Below are positions 49,398 through 58,887 of a DNA stretch of 64,000 nt, piece by piece; within the stretch, counting starts at the first letter, position 1; each line of letters begins with the position of its first letter. The notes below the pieces were generated by a model. The model worked only from the letters and a program-made list of their open reading frames with translations. It was not told where the DNA came from and ran no database searches. The DNA lies in the NCBI GenBank assembly GCA_030603365.1, contig JAUVXV010000009.1, forward strand, positions 80,568 to 144,567, in the 5' to 3' direction. The stretch comes from Candidatus Heimdallarchaeota archaeon (GTDB lineage: Archaea; Asgardarchaeota; Heimdallarchaeia; Heimdallarchaeales; Heimdallarchaeaceae). The position numbers and the translations under genes are program-made.

Positions 49398-51167
49398 TTA
49401 TTGTTTCTTTTTCTTTCGATAAAAGCGGATTGTGCTACTTACAGCGAGAAAGCCAAGTAGAATGAAGTAACCTGATGAAAACTCTGGTACTACTATTATA
49501 TCATATCCTGCTGCTTCCATATAGCTTAATGCTATGTCTAAATTGTACTCATATGGAAGTAGAGAATCATCAAAACCTATACATCCACGAGGGATTGAAG
49601 TAATGCCTTCTTCACCTAACCCTAAAAGGATATTATCAATTATATCTTGTCGAGGTGTAGCATGGCTAATAGCTTTTCTCACGTATTTAGCTGCTTCAGC
49701 TGTCCCTACAGGTGTTAATTCACCTGTTCCTAGAATAGGATGACGCATATTAATGGCCATCCCTTGTTCAGCAAACCCGTCTACTTTAATTCCTTCAATT
49801 CCTGCAATACCCTCGAAATCAGACAGAACTGGAAAATATTGAGCATCCATAATATCGATTGTGCCATTAATTAAAGATTCTAAAGCGCCTACTTTACCTG
49901 AAATAAAAATCTCGTTCCATTCGTCTAATACAACTGTAGTCCCATGCCAGTATGGATTTGGTAAAAGCTGTACAGTACTGAGGACAGGATTGAACTCGTT
50001 GAGTATCATTGGACCACATGATTTCACTAATGAATCTAAAACATTTCCTGTTAAAGGTAATTCATAGAAAATATCATAACCATAAGTAGCAATTTTTGCT
50101 TCAACATCGCTCTTATCAATAATCCCATGAGATAGTAAGCTTAGAGGGAAGTTGTAGGGTTCAGGTAGTATAAAACTTAGAGTGCTAGAGCTATGTTCTA
50201 TGATTGAATCATGGTTACCAAACCATTTGGTTAAGTATCCATATGAAGGTGAACCAACTTCTGGAGTCATGTATAACTCATAAGAATACTTAACATCCTC
50301 TGCTAAAACTGCATCACCATTGCTAAATTTAGCATTAGGATCAATAGTTACGGTCAAGTTTGTCCCTCCAGCAGTTATAATACAATCTGTTGCTATATTA
50401 GGCTCCCACATTAGATCTATAGGGTTTCGACTGAATAATGAACCATATACATTTTGCATCCATATCCTATCAAAATAACTCTCTAGAGTGAAGATATTTT
50501 GATCTTGCAAATCTACTGGGACTGCATGTGTGATAATGCGGTCGACCGGGTCATACCAGTTTTCTATACGCTGATTAGCCGTAGAGACTAGAAGAGGGTT
50601 GATCCCAATTAAGCCAGTTTTGAATCCATAAAGATCACTTGGATGAACTATGCATATTGCAGGCAAACCCTCATAAAGAATAGATTGAAGTAGGTGTGCG
50701 TATTGTGTCCGGAGAACAGGATTATATTCTTCCTCATAATTTTCAAGAATTGCATCATATATAGGATTATTATATTGATAAAAATTATCTCCATATGGAA
50801 CTATTGCAGCTGTCTCAAATATCCCACTTAGTTGTAAATCAAAAGGCCAATGCCAACCTAAAAAGAGTATGTCATATCCTCCTTCATCATATGTTGGAAT
50901 ATAATCATACTCGATTAAAGGATAGTACCATGTTCGTGGGGATATATTAGCCCATCCAGTAGATTCATGAAAAGATACACTAATACCTATTTCTGGCAAC
51001 TGTTGTTCCATTAGTAATGCCCATTGATCACGAGCAGGGCTTGTATTTGGTGAGAGCAAAGCAATAGAGAATAACTCTGGTATCGCTGCTTGTGGTGTAT
51101 TTTGAATAATAACAAGAGATGAAACAAATAAACTAACAAAAGTAATCAAAACGATTTTTCTTTTCAA
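49398..51167 (-). CDS. Family 5 (peptide/nickel) ABC substrate-binding protein with PEF-CTERM-like tail
   Basis: AKFSNG..AEDVKYS, CGP, NPYW, VRKAISHA, PYEYN; ends VPEF + TM + RKKKK. Confidence 0.88.
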   Translation of the reverse strand: MKRKIVLITFVSLFVSSLVIIQNTPQAAIPELFSIALLSPNTSPARDQWALLMEQQLPEIGISVSFHESTGWANISPRTWYYPLIEYDYIPTYDEGGYDILFLGWHWPFDLQLSGIFETAAIVPYGDNFYQYNNPIYDAILENYEEEYNPVLRTQYAHLLQSILYEGLPAICIVHPSDLYGFKTGLIGINPLLVSTANQRIENWYDPVDRIITHAVPVDLQDQNIFTLESYFDRIWMQNVYGSLFSRNPIDLMWEPNIATDCIITAGGTNLTVTIDPNAKFSNGDAVLAEDVKYSYELYMTPEVGSPSYGYLTKWFGNHDSIIEHSSSTLSFILPEPYNFPLSLLSHGIIDKSDVEAKIATYGYDIFYELPLTGNVLDSLVKSCGPMILNEFNPVLSTVQLLPNPYWHGTTVVLDEWNEIFISGKVGALESLINGTIDIMDAQYFPVLSDFEGIAGIEGIKVDGFAEQGMAINMRHPILGTGELTPVGTAEAAKYVRKAISHATPRQDIIDNILLGLGEEGITSIPRGCIGFDDSLLPYEYNLDIALSYMEAAGYDIIVVPEFSSGYFILLGFLAVSSTIRFYRKKKKQ

Positions 51168-51750
51168 TTTTAAACCTCCATAAGTTAACCAAATTTTCTT
51201 TTCTCACTTGTTTATTTAAACATTGTGCGAGAAAAGAAAGGAAAAAAGAAGAAGAGATTTGTTAAGGTTTCTTGAGGTTCTTAACTAGTAACAAATTGCT
51301 GATTTGAAAAAGAGGATTATATCAATAAATACTGATAGTCACCAGATCATTTTTTATGGTGCTTTATATGATAGAGAAAGAGAGATTACTGAAAGTAGAT
51401 GTCATCTGTAAGGTTCAAAGAGGAAATGACTGAGATTAATTCTGGCACCAGTAAGTCTTATTAGTAAGAAATCTATGCATATGAATTGAATGCCAACTGA
51501 AGAAAATTTTGAAGAAATTTGAAGCGGTTGATAAAAACTTCTTGTAAATTCATTATCTTCACTTAATGTTTATATTTTCTAGTATAAGGGTTTTTTCTGA
51601 AATGTGTGCGAAAAAATGAACATACAAAACTGCATTAAAACCATCCAAAACCATGAATTTCACTGTTTTCGTCTTTTTTGTTGAAGGAATATGCTTATCA
51701 TTTGTTCATGAGAATTTATGAACAATCTGAATGAACTTGGAGGTTATGGT

Positions 51751-52260
51751 GTGGCAAAAAATACTGTTATTGTGTATGAGACGTACTACGGAGCAACAAA
51801 ACAAGCTGCTTTCAAAATAGCTCGAATATTAGAAGATGAATTCAATCATGAAGTTACTGTACACAATATCGGAAAAGATCGTGAATGTCCAGACTTAAGC
51901 ACTTGTGATAATATAATCATAGGTAGTTGTATCTATAATGGTACTTGGGCATGTCATGTAGAAAACTTTCTCAGCAATACGTTTGACGGAAAGAAAACAG
52001 CTCTTTTCGTATGTTCAATGTTTGCTGGAGAAAAATCACTCTATAAGCAAGCTTACCAATCGTACCTGGTTAACAAACTTGAGAAGTATGATAATTTTCA
52101 ACCAGTATCAATGGAAGCTTTTGGTGGAAGAGTTCCTGATAAGGAATTTCCAGATGAATGGGTAGAGCAAGTTGCCAAAAAACTACCAACCTTTACTACA
52201 AATAATAAGGACTTAACCAGAGTTGAAAAATGGGCAAAAGAACTAGGAAAATTACTCTAA
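51751..52260 (+). CDS. Flavodoxin-domain protein (paralog of 42938)
   Basis: YETYYGAT, IGSCI, AFGG; GTG start after GGAGG. Confidence 0.82.
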   Translation: MAKNTVIVYETYYGATKQAAFKIARILEDEFNHEVTVHNIGKDRECPDLSTCDNIIIGSCIYNGTWACHVENFLSNTFDGKKTALFVCSMFAGEKSLYKQAYQSYLVNKLEKYDNFQPVSMEAFGGRVPDKEFPDEWVEQVAKKLPTFTTNNKDLTRVEKWAKELGKLL

Positions 52261-52318
52261 AATTGAGCAATAAAGATAAGCAATAATAGGAGTAATAATT
52301 GGGGATTGAAAAGAAAGA

Positions 52319-52441
52319 TTAGAAGGTAAATGCTTGTCCGAAGACATAAGCAACGTTTATCTTTTCAATTCTTTTATTTTCGTGTTGATAAACCCATTTG
52401 TTTTGGTTTTCAGTTTTTGTTTGTTTAACTTTTTGAGCCAT
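52319..52441 (-). CDS. 40-aa microprotein, copy B (absent from the ORF track)
   Basis: MAQKVKQTKTENQNKWVYQHENKRIEKINVAYVFGQAFTF*; AGGTG RBS; 17/40 identical to copy A. Confidence 0.75.
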   Translation of the reverse strand: MAQKVKQTKTENQNKWVYQHENKRIEKINVAYVFGQAFTF

Positions 52442-52575
52442 TTTTTGCACCTATCCTAACATAGCTCCCTATTTAAAAATAACTTGCTCACATGATGTGA
52501 ACACAAGTTGTGACATAAGAGTGAAAAAAAACACAAATTTCAGATAAACCTTAAATATTCAAAAACTGAGGAAGT

Positions 52576-53313
52576 TTGTTTCCTATGAAACTAGAACAAG
52601 CAGCAGAAACTATGTTTAGAGATCTAAGCAAAAGGCGATTAAAGATGCTTGAATATTTCTACGAATCCTTTACTGTTATAATGTTGCTTGTGATTCTTCT
52701 AGTAAGTTTTTCTTTTAGCTTCTATCCTGAGTTCAGTTGTCTAAAAACTGGTTTTTGTGACCTACGAGAAGTCAGAGAGATTAATGGAGAATCGACACTA
52801 ATTTCTACTATGCTTCTTAGAACTGCAATTATATTACTATTTATGTCACTAATGATGTTTTTCTCTGTACTTCTGATGTTCTTTCAAGAGAAGAAGAAAA
52901 CCAAGTATCTGAGTTGGATTGGCACTTTCTTTGGAGTAGTACAAGGACCAATAAATATTATAATATTTTTTGAAAGGGGAGCTTTCGAGTTTCATATGAT
53001 TTTTGTCATCATGGGACCACTGCTTCTAAATCTAGCTATAATGATTTATACAGCTGTTTTTTTCATAGATAAACGTCTTCCAAAAATACTCAAATATTCA
53101 TTCCTAGTTTTATCGATAGTAGCCATTGTCTTCTCGATAATTGTTGGAATAGCTGCTTCAATAGGTGGTACTTTCAATGCACAAACACAAAGATTGGGAA
53201 ATAGTTTGTTTAATTATCTCTCTGTTATTACCTATGTACTTCAAGGTATAATTTTCTTCTTGATAGTAAGAAAAGCAGAAAAGATGCAAGAAATGGATTT
53301 GTCAAATTCCTAA
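52576..53313 (+). CDS. Hypothetical multi-pass membrane protein
   Basis: About 6 TM segments. Confidence 0.65.
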   Translation: MFPMKLEQAAETMFRDLSKRRLKMLEYFYESFTVIMLLVILLVSFSFSFYPEFSCLKTGFCDLREVREINGESTLISTMLLRTAIILLFMSLMMFFSVLLMFFQEKKKTKYLSWIGTFFGVVQGPINIIIFFERGAFEFHMIFVIMGPLLLNLAIMIYTAVFFIDKRLPKILKYSFLVLSIVAIVFSIIVGIAASIGGTFNAQTQRLGNSLFNYLSVITYVLQGIIFFLIVRKAEKMQEMDLSNS

Positions 53314-54339
53314 TCTTCTAGCAATTTCCTCTGTTTGGAACTTGTAACTATCAGCTGTTTTATGCTTCTTGAATCCCATTCTATCGTTTATAGAGAACAT
53401 TGGTGCATTTGCTTCAACATTTCCAGTTATTATTACTTCAACATCAGGATAATTGTCTCGAACATGGAGAATCATCTGTCCCTTTAACCATTTTCCTAAA
53501 CCTCTTCCCCTGAATTCGGGACGAACACCTGTAAGTTCTTGAAGAATTCTGTGTCCTTCTCGAGAATCATGAAGAATCTCTGTTAAACCAGATATTCTTC
53601 CATCTTTTTCTCTGCTGATGAGGGTATAATTTGTGTAACCTATATCTTTGAATCTCTGTTCCATTTCCCTTCTTAATTTTCCATCAATATTAGCTCGATG
53701 TTCGGTGTCCCCAAGAGGTTGCATATTCAAAGCTTCAGTATACAATTCAGAATATTCCTCTAAAATCTCTTCAGGACATTCATAGAAGGATTCGATTGTA
53801 ACTTCTTCAGCTCTTTTAGGACCTTCATCTACCCAAGATTGCATGAGAACCCAATCTACATCCTCTAAATCTAGACGATTTTCTGCTCCCTCTATGGTGA
53901 GTTGAGCTCCGAAATGATCTAAGAAAGCTCTACCTGGATTATTATCTGTGCTGACTTCAATGGTTGTTCTTCCAAGAATTTGAGCTTCTTGAACTGCTCT
54001 TTTAAGTACGTCTGTACCTATTCCTTTTCGTACATAGTCAGCTAAAACTGCAATATTCATACTGCAAAGATTTTTATTCTCTTCATAATCTGAAGAACCT
54101 TCAACAACAGTTCCAAAACCACCCCAAGCTATAACTTTGTTTTCTGGAGTAATAGCTAGCCAACGTTTAATATGGTAATAAGGTGCTTTAGTTTTCTGAC
54201 GTTGAATAACTCCTTCTCGATTAGGTAAGGGATCATCTGGATTGTGATGTTTGAAGTTTGTTTCCATAAATTCAAAGTATATCTCCCAAAAATCATCTGA
54301 GGCTTCTTTAGGATTGAATTCAATTATCTTATAGTCCAT
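53302..54339 (-). CDS. Tandem GNAT N-acetyltransferase
   Basis: RKGIGT; TGVRPEFRGRGLGKWLK; NAPM..IN..MGF. Confidence 0.88.
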   Translation of the reverse strand: MDYKIIEFNPKEASDDFWEIYFEFMETNFKHHNPDDPLPNREGVIQRQKTKAPYYHIKRWLAITPENKVIAWGGFGTVVEGSSDYEENKNLCSMNIAVLADYVRKGIGTDVLKRAVQEAQILGRTTIEVSTDNNPGRAFLDHFGAQLTIEGAENRLDLEDVDWVLMQSWVDEGPKRAEEVTIESFYECPEEILEEYSELYTEALNMQPLGDTEHRANIDGKLRREMEQRFKDIGYTNYTLISREKDGRISGLTEILHDSREGHRILQELTGVRPEFRGRGLGKWLKGQMILHVRDNYPDVEVIITGNVEANAPMFSINDRMGFKKHKTADSYKFQTEEIARRLGI

Positions 54340-54519
54340 TTTCTTACACTTCTAACTAATTTATTACAAAGATTCAATTGGACATTCTCTTATAAATTAG
54401 TATGATGATTGAGAAAATTATTTCAAGTTCTTCCTTCTGTTCCTATCAATTTACCCATCTTTTAGTTTTTCATTTGGTTTGGTTTATTAACGCGTATGCA
54501 CAAATTCACTTAGAAGAAA

Positions 54520-54930
54520 ATGCATAGTAATAATTATAGACATAAAAACCCAGTTGGAGGATTTTTTATATTCATGCTAACTTTGTTAGGTGCATTAATC
54601 TTAGTTGGGTTTATTACAGGATTCTTGAGGCACGTGATTTGGCCAATTCCTATGGTGGGAACATTATTAGTTATCTTATTTGTAGCAAGTATTATTTCTT
54701 CATCTAGAAGAAGAACAAGACATAGACACGCTCAAAGACAACAATACAGAAGGTATGAAACCTACAAACCTACAGAAAATCCCTTCTGGAAGAATCAAGA
54801 GAACCAAGTAGTTCAAGAACAAGAACCAGTTCAAAGAGTTGTTAATTCAACTAAGTTTTGTGACTACTGTGGAATGAAAGTTAAGGAAGAAATGAGTTTT
54901 TGTACAAACTGTGGTAATAGACTAAAATAG
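54520..54930 (+). CDS. 2-TM membrane protein with C-terminal zinc ribbon
   Basis: CDYCG..FCTNCG. Confidence 0.75.
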   Translation: MHSNNYRHKNPVGGFFIFMLTLLGALILVGFITGFLRHVIWPIPMVGTLLVILFVASIISSSRRRTRHRHAQRQQYRRYETYKPTENPFWKNQENQVVQEQEPVQRVVNSTKFCDYCGMKVKEEMSFCTNCGNRLK

Positions 54931-55010
54931 AACTACAGTTTTTGTTTTTCAACAACAAGAATATTTTGTTTTATTAACAGTAAAATATATTTAAAAAAGT
55001 AAAGAAGAAT

Positions 55011-57248
55011 CTAGTTCTTCTTTGTTGTAATGGTGTTTACAAGCATTTTTACACTTAAAGATTCTTCATATATTACTATAGGCAGGTTATCTGTAATCCA
55101 TTCTGGTAAACTTGGTGGAGCTGTTTCTAACATCTCTTGCCACTCTTCATCAGTCAAACGTTGATCATAAGGTTGCTTAAATTCATAAAATGAGAATGTT
55201 ACTCCTCGAGTTAGATACAATTGCCCTGAATGATCTTGAACAACTACGAAAATCAAGAAAGGATTTCCTACAGCTACTTCTAATACATTACCGCTATTAG
55301 GGTCAGTATGCACATCTGCTATTAGGGCAGTTCTTTTATCAGCTTCACTTTGATACCATTCAGCTGCACCATAATTAAATGAAACAATTTTCTGAAGTTC
55401 CTTTCCTAAATGATGAATGAATTTCATCTCATCTGTACTTAGTTCTTCATTTTGTAGTTCTTTTATACTTAGCTCAGTTAATCTATCAAATACATCTGCT
55501 AACTCATCAAATTTCAGAGTGAAATTACTGAAGATTTGTGCATTGTAACCTGGTTCCGCAGCTGGATCCTCATACAAGACTCCTCTAGATTGGAGACCTT
55601 CCTTCAACATCCTTAGAGTTGCTGCTATTCTAGAATAAACTTGAGGATATGGTTCAACATAATGGGTAATTTGATCACCTAACCCATATACACCGTACGG
55701 CTGTTTTGCATATAAAATAGTGTCATGCTTAAGCTCGACCCAACTTGCTAAAGAAGTTATAAGTGATTTATCAGTCCAAGAATCAGATTGCATGTAACCT
55801 GGATAACCTGTTCCTACCTCTTTTTCCTCCAATAAAGGTAAAAGTGAATACAACCATTGCCAATAGATGTTCTGAGTCCAATCAGTAAGATTGAGTTCGT
55901 TAAATTCTCCCCTCAATTCTAATATTTTTTCTTCATATCCTTCATAATTTTTCTCCGATTCTAAATGATATTCTGCTCTTTCACTGCCAAACACTGAGAA
56001 GATGTCCAGTGAATTGGGAAATTGTCTGGTTGGAAGATTATCATAAATCAGTTCTTGAAAGATATATGCATCAGGGGTATAACTCTGCCCAAAAAGTTTG
56101 AACCCTTTAATTGCACTTTCTTGTCCTTCAAAAGATTCAACATATCTGGAATTAATTTTTGGAGCTCTCAGTTCTTGTAAAGAATCAATCATTATTTCTA
56201 TAAATGTATCATCTATTATATCATTAAAATCTAAGGTTCCTTCTTCCTCCCAGACTTGATAATATTCTGCTGGAGTAAGATCATCACTTCCACCAACTAA
56301 GAAGTCTGTTGTTCTACAAATATTATCCCAATAATCCCAGACTGTTTTATCTCCTATTTCAGCTGAGAATGAGTATAATATCGATAAAGCCATTCGGGTT
56401 TGTTTGATACCTACGATATTGTTAATTGATCGGTCATTTAACATAAAGCCCATTCTTCCGGCATACATCATTGCTTTGAAATATCGTTTGAATTCATCAT
56501 TTCGTGTGTAATGCCCTCGTGGTTTGTATTGGGAATAATCCTCCTCATATCCAAAAATCAGTGAAACAGCTGCTACTCCTGCTTCTATGTTACTTAATTC
56601 ATCTGAAACAAGAGAATCAACATAAGCAGGAATAGAAGTGGAATTATCTAATAAATACAATAAAACTGAAAGATAAGCAATATTATTGTTAAGTGCTTCA
56701 ATGATATCGGGGTCTGAGTTGATTAGATATAAATTGATTTGATCATTTCGAAGAGTATCAATCATTATACTAAAATTATTATAAAAGTATTCTAATTCTA
56801 TAATTCGTAAACAATTATCAAAAATAGAGTGTAAGACATGCAAACAGAAATCAGTAGAAATATACATGGGTGTATCTAGATTGGCATCATAATACATTGG
56901 ATCAAAAATGTCTTCAATACCTTTGTCAACAAATGCAAATCCATAGGTTTCTAGCTGTTGGAGAATTTCAGCATTGAGTTCTTCATCTAAACCTTGTAAG
57001 TTTACATTCGCTAAACCTGGTTCAATTGGAGTGGGTACAATTGACGGCGTATAATTATATGATTGTAATTCATATGTACCAAAAGCATTCTTGACACTTT
57101 CTGGTAGGTTAATTTGTTCTTTAAATTCATAATTAATAGTGGGAAATATACCCTGATAGAGATAAAACCCTCCTAATACAACTGAACTAACAATTAGTGT
57201 AACTGCAATTCCTGTCAAAATTGGTTTTTTTGGATTAGTTAGAATCAT
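55011..57248 (-). CDS. DUF3160-domain protein, N-terminally anchored
   Basis: EDYSQYKPRGHYT, YFKAMMY, WVELKHDTILYAKQ, RLTDEEW. Confidence 0.9.
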   Translation of the reverse strand: MILTNPKKPILTGIAVTLIVSSVVLGGFYLYQGIFPTINYEFKEQINLPESVKNAFGTYELQSYNYTPSIVPTPIEPGLANVNLQGLDEELNAEILQQLETYGFAFVDKGIEDIFDPMYYDANLDTPMYISTDFCLHVLHSIFDNCLRIIELEYFYNNFSIMIDTLRNDQINLYLINSDPDIIEALNNNIAYLSVLLYLLDNSTSIPAYVDSLVSDELSNIEAGVAAVSLIFGYEEDYSQYKPRGHYTRNDEFKRYFKAMMYAGRMGFMLNDRSINNIVGIKQTRMALSILYSFSAEIGDKTVWDYWDNICRTTDFLVGGSDDLTPAEYYQVWEEEGTLDFNDIIDDTFIEIMIDSLQELRAPKINSRYVESFEGQESAIKGFKLFGQSYTPDAYIFQELIYDNLPTRQFPNSLDIFSVFGSERAEYHLESEKNYEGYEEKILELRGEFNELNLTDWTQNIYWQWLYSLLPLLEEKEVGTGYPGYMQSDSWTDKSLITSLASWVELKHDTILYAKQPYGVYGLGDQITHYVEPYPQVYSRIAATLRMLKEGLQSRGVLYEDPAAEPGYNAQIFSNFTLKFDELADVFDRLTELSIKELQNEELSTDEMKFIHHLGKELQKIVSFNYGAAEWYQSEADKRTALIADVHTDPNSGNVLEVAVGNPFLIFVVVQDHSGQLYLTRGVTFSFYEFKQPYDQRLTDEEWQEMLETAPPSLPEWITDNLPIVIYEESLSVKMLVNTITTKKN

Positions 57249-57334
57249 AGGATACCAAACAAACTATACTATGGAGCATTAATAAATCTAGAACTCGAAC
57301 ACTTCTAATATCATTCTGTGATAGTTTCAGAAGG

Positions 57335-57871
57335 TCATTTTTTTTCTTTTTTACGAAAAATAGAACGGAATATTCTGTATTCATCTTTCCGTTCCTTTTC
57401 CCAGCTGTAAAAAGATAGTTGTTTCTTAATAGTTAGATAATTCAGAATATAGAAAATACAATTCAAACCTACTAGAACAGCTCCATTTATCGCAGCAGCT
57501 AACGGGTTGATAAAAATTAATATCAAAGTGACGATGAATGTTGTTATGAGAAAAGAGATCAAGAATAATCTTCTGGGAATTAGCTCCCCTCTAATTATCT
57601 GTGCAGAGAATTTGACTGGAACATTAATTTCCTTGATATCCAAACCCTTCTGAACTATTCTATATCTATTAGTAGGAAGTTTTTCTATTAATTCTGCTTC
57701 ATCAAGTTTTTCTAAGTGCCATAAAACTGTACTAGGGCTATTAAAATCCAGACTACGTTTGGCCTCTCTGACACCGAAATCTTTGGGATGAACAGACTTA
57801 GCGAAGAGAAAGAGTTTCAATGTTGCTGGATGATTAAGTGTCTCAACACCAGTTTCTTCTTCGTTAGTCAC
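57335..57871 (-). CDS. Winged-HTH protein with two C-terminal TMs
   Basis: GVRE..RSLDFNSPSTVLWHLEKL. Confidence 0.7.
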   Translation of the reverse strand: MTNEEETGVETLNHPATLKLFLFAKSVHPKDFGVREAKRSLDFNSPSTVLWHLEKLDEAELIEKLPTNRYRIVQKGLDIKEINVPVKFSAQIIRGELIPRRLFLISFLITTFIVTLILIFINPLAAAINGAVLVGLNCIFYILNYLTIKKQLSFYSWEKERKDEYRIFRSIFRKKEKK

Positions 57872-57955
57872 GCGTATATTATGTGACTTTACAGTTAAAT
57901 GCTTTACCCATTCTACCTCTAGAAATCTAATAACACAGAAATCTTTGAGTGCAAA

Positions 57956-58315
57956 TCAATCTGAAATTACTATCTGTATTTGATTATTTTCAGCTATTGC
58001 TCTAGCGATTTTACTTCTAACGGATTTTAGATATCTCCAAACAGATGTTTGTGAAATATCAAGTTTTTCAGCTATCTCATTCTGATTTAGATCTTCTGAG
58101 TCTGACATCTGCAAAATTTGAAATTCAAAACTAGATAATTCAATCATACCAATCTTTTGTCTGCGGCTTGAGTCATAGTCAATTGGATATGCAACAGGTG
58201 GTCTTCCTCTACCTCTCCCAGGTCCTCTACCTCTACCTCTACCATGACCTCTTCCGTACCCTCTTCCTCTTTGGAAATCAGGATTATCGCTCTGAGGGTC
58301 TTTATAGTTTGACAC
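57956..58315 (-). CDS. DUF134-like HTH protein with RG-rich N-terminus
   Basis: RGRP..., L...EF..L...D.E.LNQ.E.A..L.ISQ.SVWR.L.S.R.KIA. Confidence 0.75.
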   Translation of the reverse strand: MSNYKDPQSDNPDFQRGRGYGRGHGRGRGRGPGRGRGRPPVAYPIDYDSSRRQKIGMIELSSFEFQILQMSDSEDLNQNEIAEKLDISQTSVWRYLKSVRSKIARAIAENNQIQIVISD

Positions 58316-58372
58316 AGAAATCAGCTCGGGAAAAAGAGAAGTAGAGGATTTAAAGATGTTTCGACAATTGGT

Positions 58373-58738
58373 TCACTTTGATTTTCCAATATTCTTCAAG
58401 CGACTAAGTTCTTTCTGTAAACTCTCTATCTGCTTCTGAATCATTGCAACTTCATGTTCAATTGCTTCTGTATTTTCAGGTGCTCCTGAGTATGGATCCC
58501 ATCTTGCTCCTAGTGGCGGCGCAGTCCACCCTATGTCCTCTGATTGTTCTTGATATTCAGGACTAGCCCACCAACCTCGTGGTCGATCAGGATACCAATC
58601 ACAATTTGGGCTGTAGAATCTTCTACCTCTACCCGGACCAGGACCAAATCCTCCAGGTCCTCTTCCGTATCCTCTTCCATAACCACTACCATATCTTGGT
58701 CCGTATGTGTTTCTTCTTGATCTATACATTTTGTTCAC
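58373..58738 (-). CDS. DUF5320-like Gly/Arg-rich protein with C-terminal coiled coil
   Basis: GYGRG repeats, PRGWW, C-terminal heptads. Confidence 0.65.
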   Translation of the reverse strand: MNKMYRSRRNTYGPRYGSGYGRGYGRGPGGFGPGPGRGRRFYSPNCDWYPDRPRGWWASPEYQEQSEDIGWTAPPLGARWDPYSGAPENTEAIEHEVAMIQKQIESLQKELSRLKNIGKSK

Positions 58739-58740
58739 TT

Positions 58741-58814
58741 TATTGAATTATTACTCAATATTCTATTTATAACATAACATATAAGTTTTACTATTTATGA
58801 ATAATAATTCATAA
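58741..58814. promoter_or_regulatory. Two related 20-bp palindromes (TGAAT-N4-A(T/C)TCA core)
   Basis: TATTGAAT-tatt-ACTCAATA at 58741-58760; TTATGAAT-aata-ATTCATAA at 58795-58814. Confidence 0.5.
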
Positions 58815-58887
58815 TTATACATTATTGTTTTCTTACGAAGATTTAATTGCATGTTAAAGTCCTTAAGTAGCATAGGAGATATACTCA

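Noticed and set aside
49274-49465. 63-aa + strand ORF
   Set aside because: Runs through a poly-A terminator-like region and overlaps the SBP gene end; no motif.
51168-51717. 550-bp intergenic region as possible ncRNA or small gene
   Set aside because: Only a 26-codon minus-strand ORF without motif (start 51553); no convincing structure or repeat.
58200-58700. CTCTAC/CTCTTC short DNA repeats
   Set aside because: Explained by Gly-Arg codons in coding low-complexity regions; not a CRISPR array or satellite.
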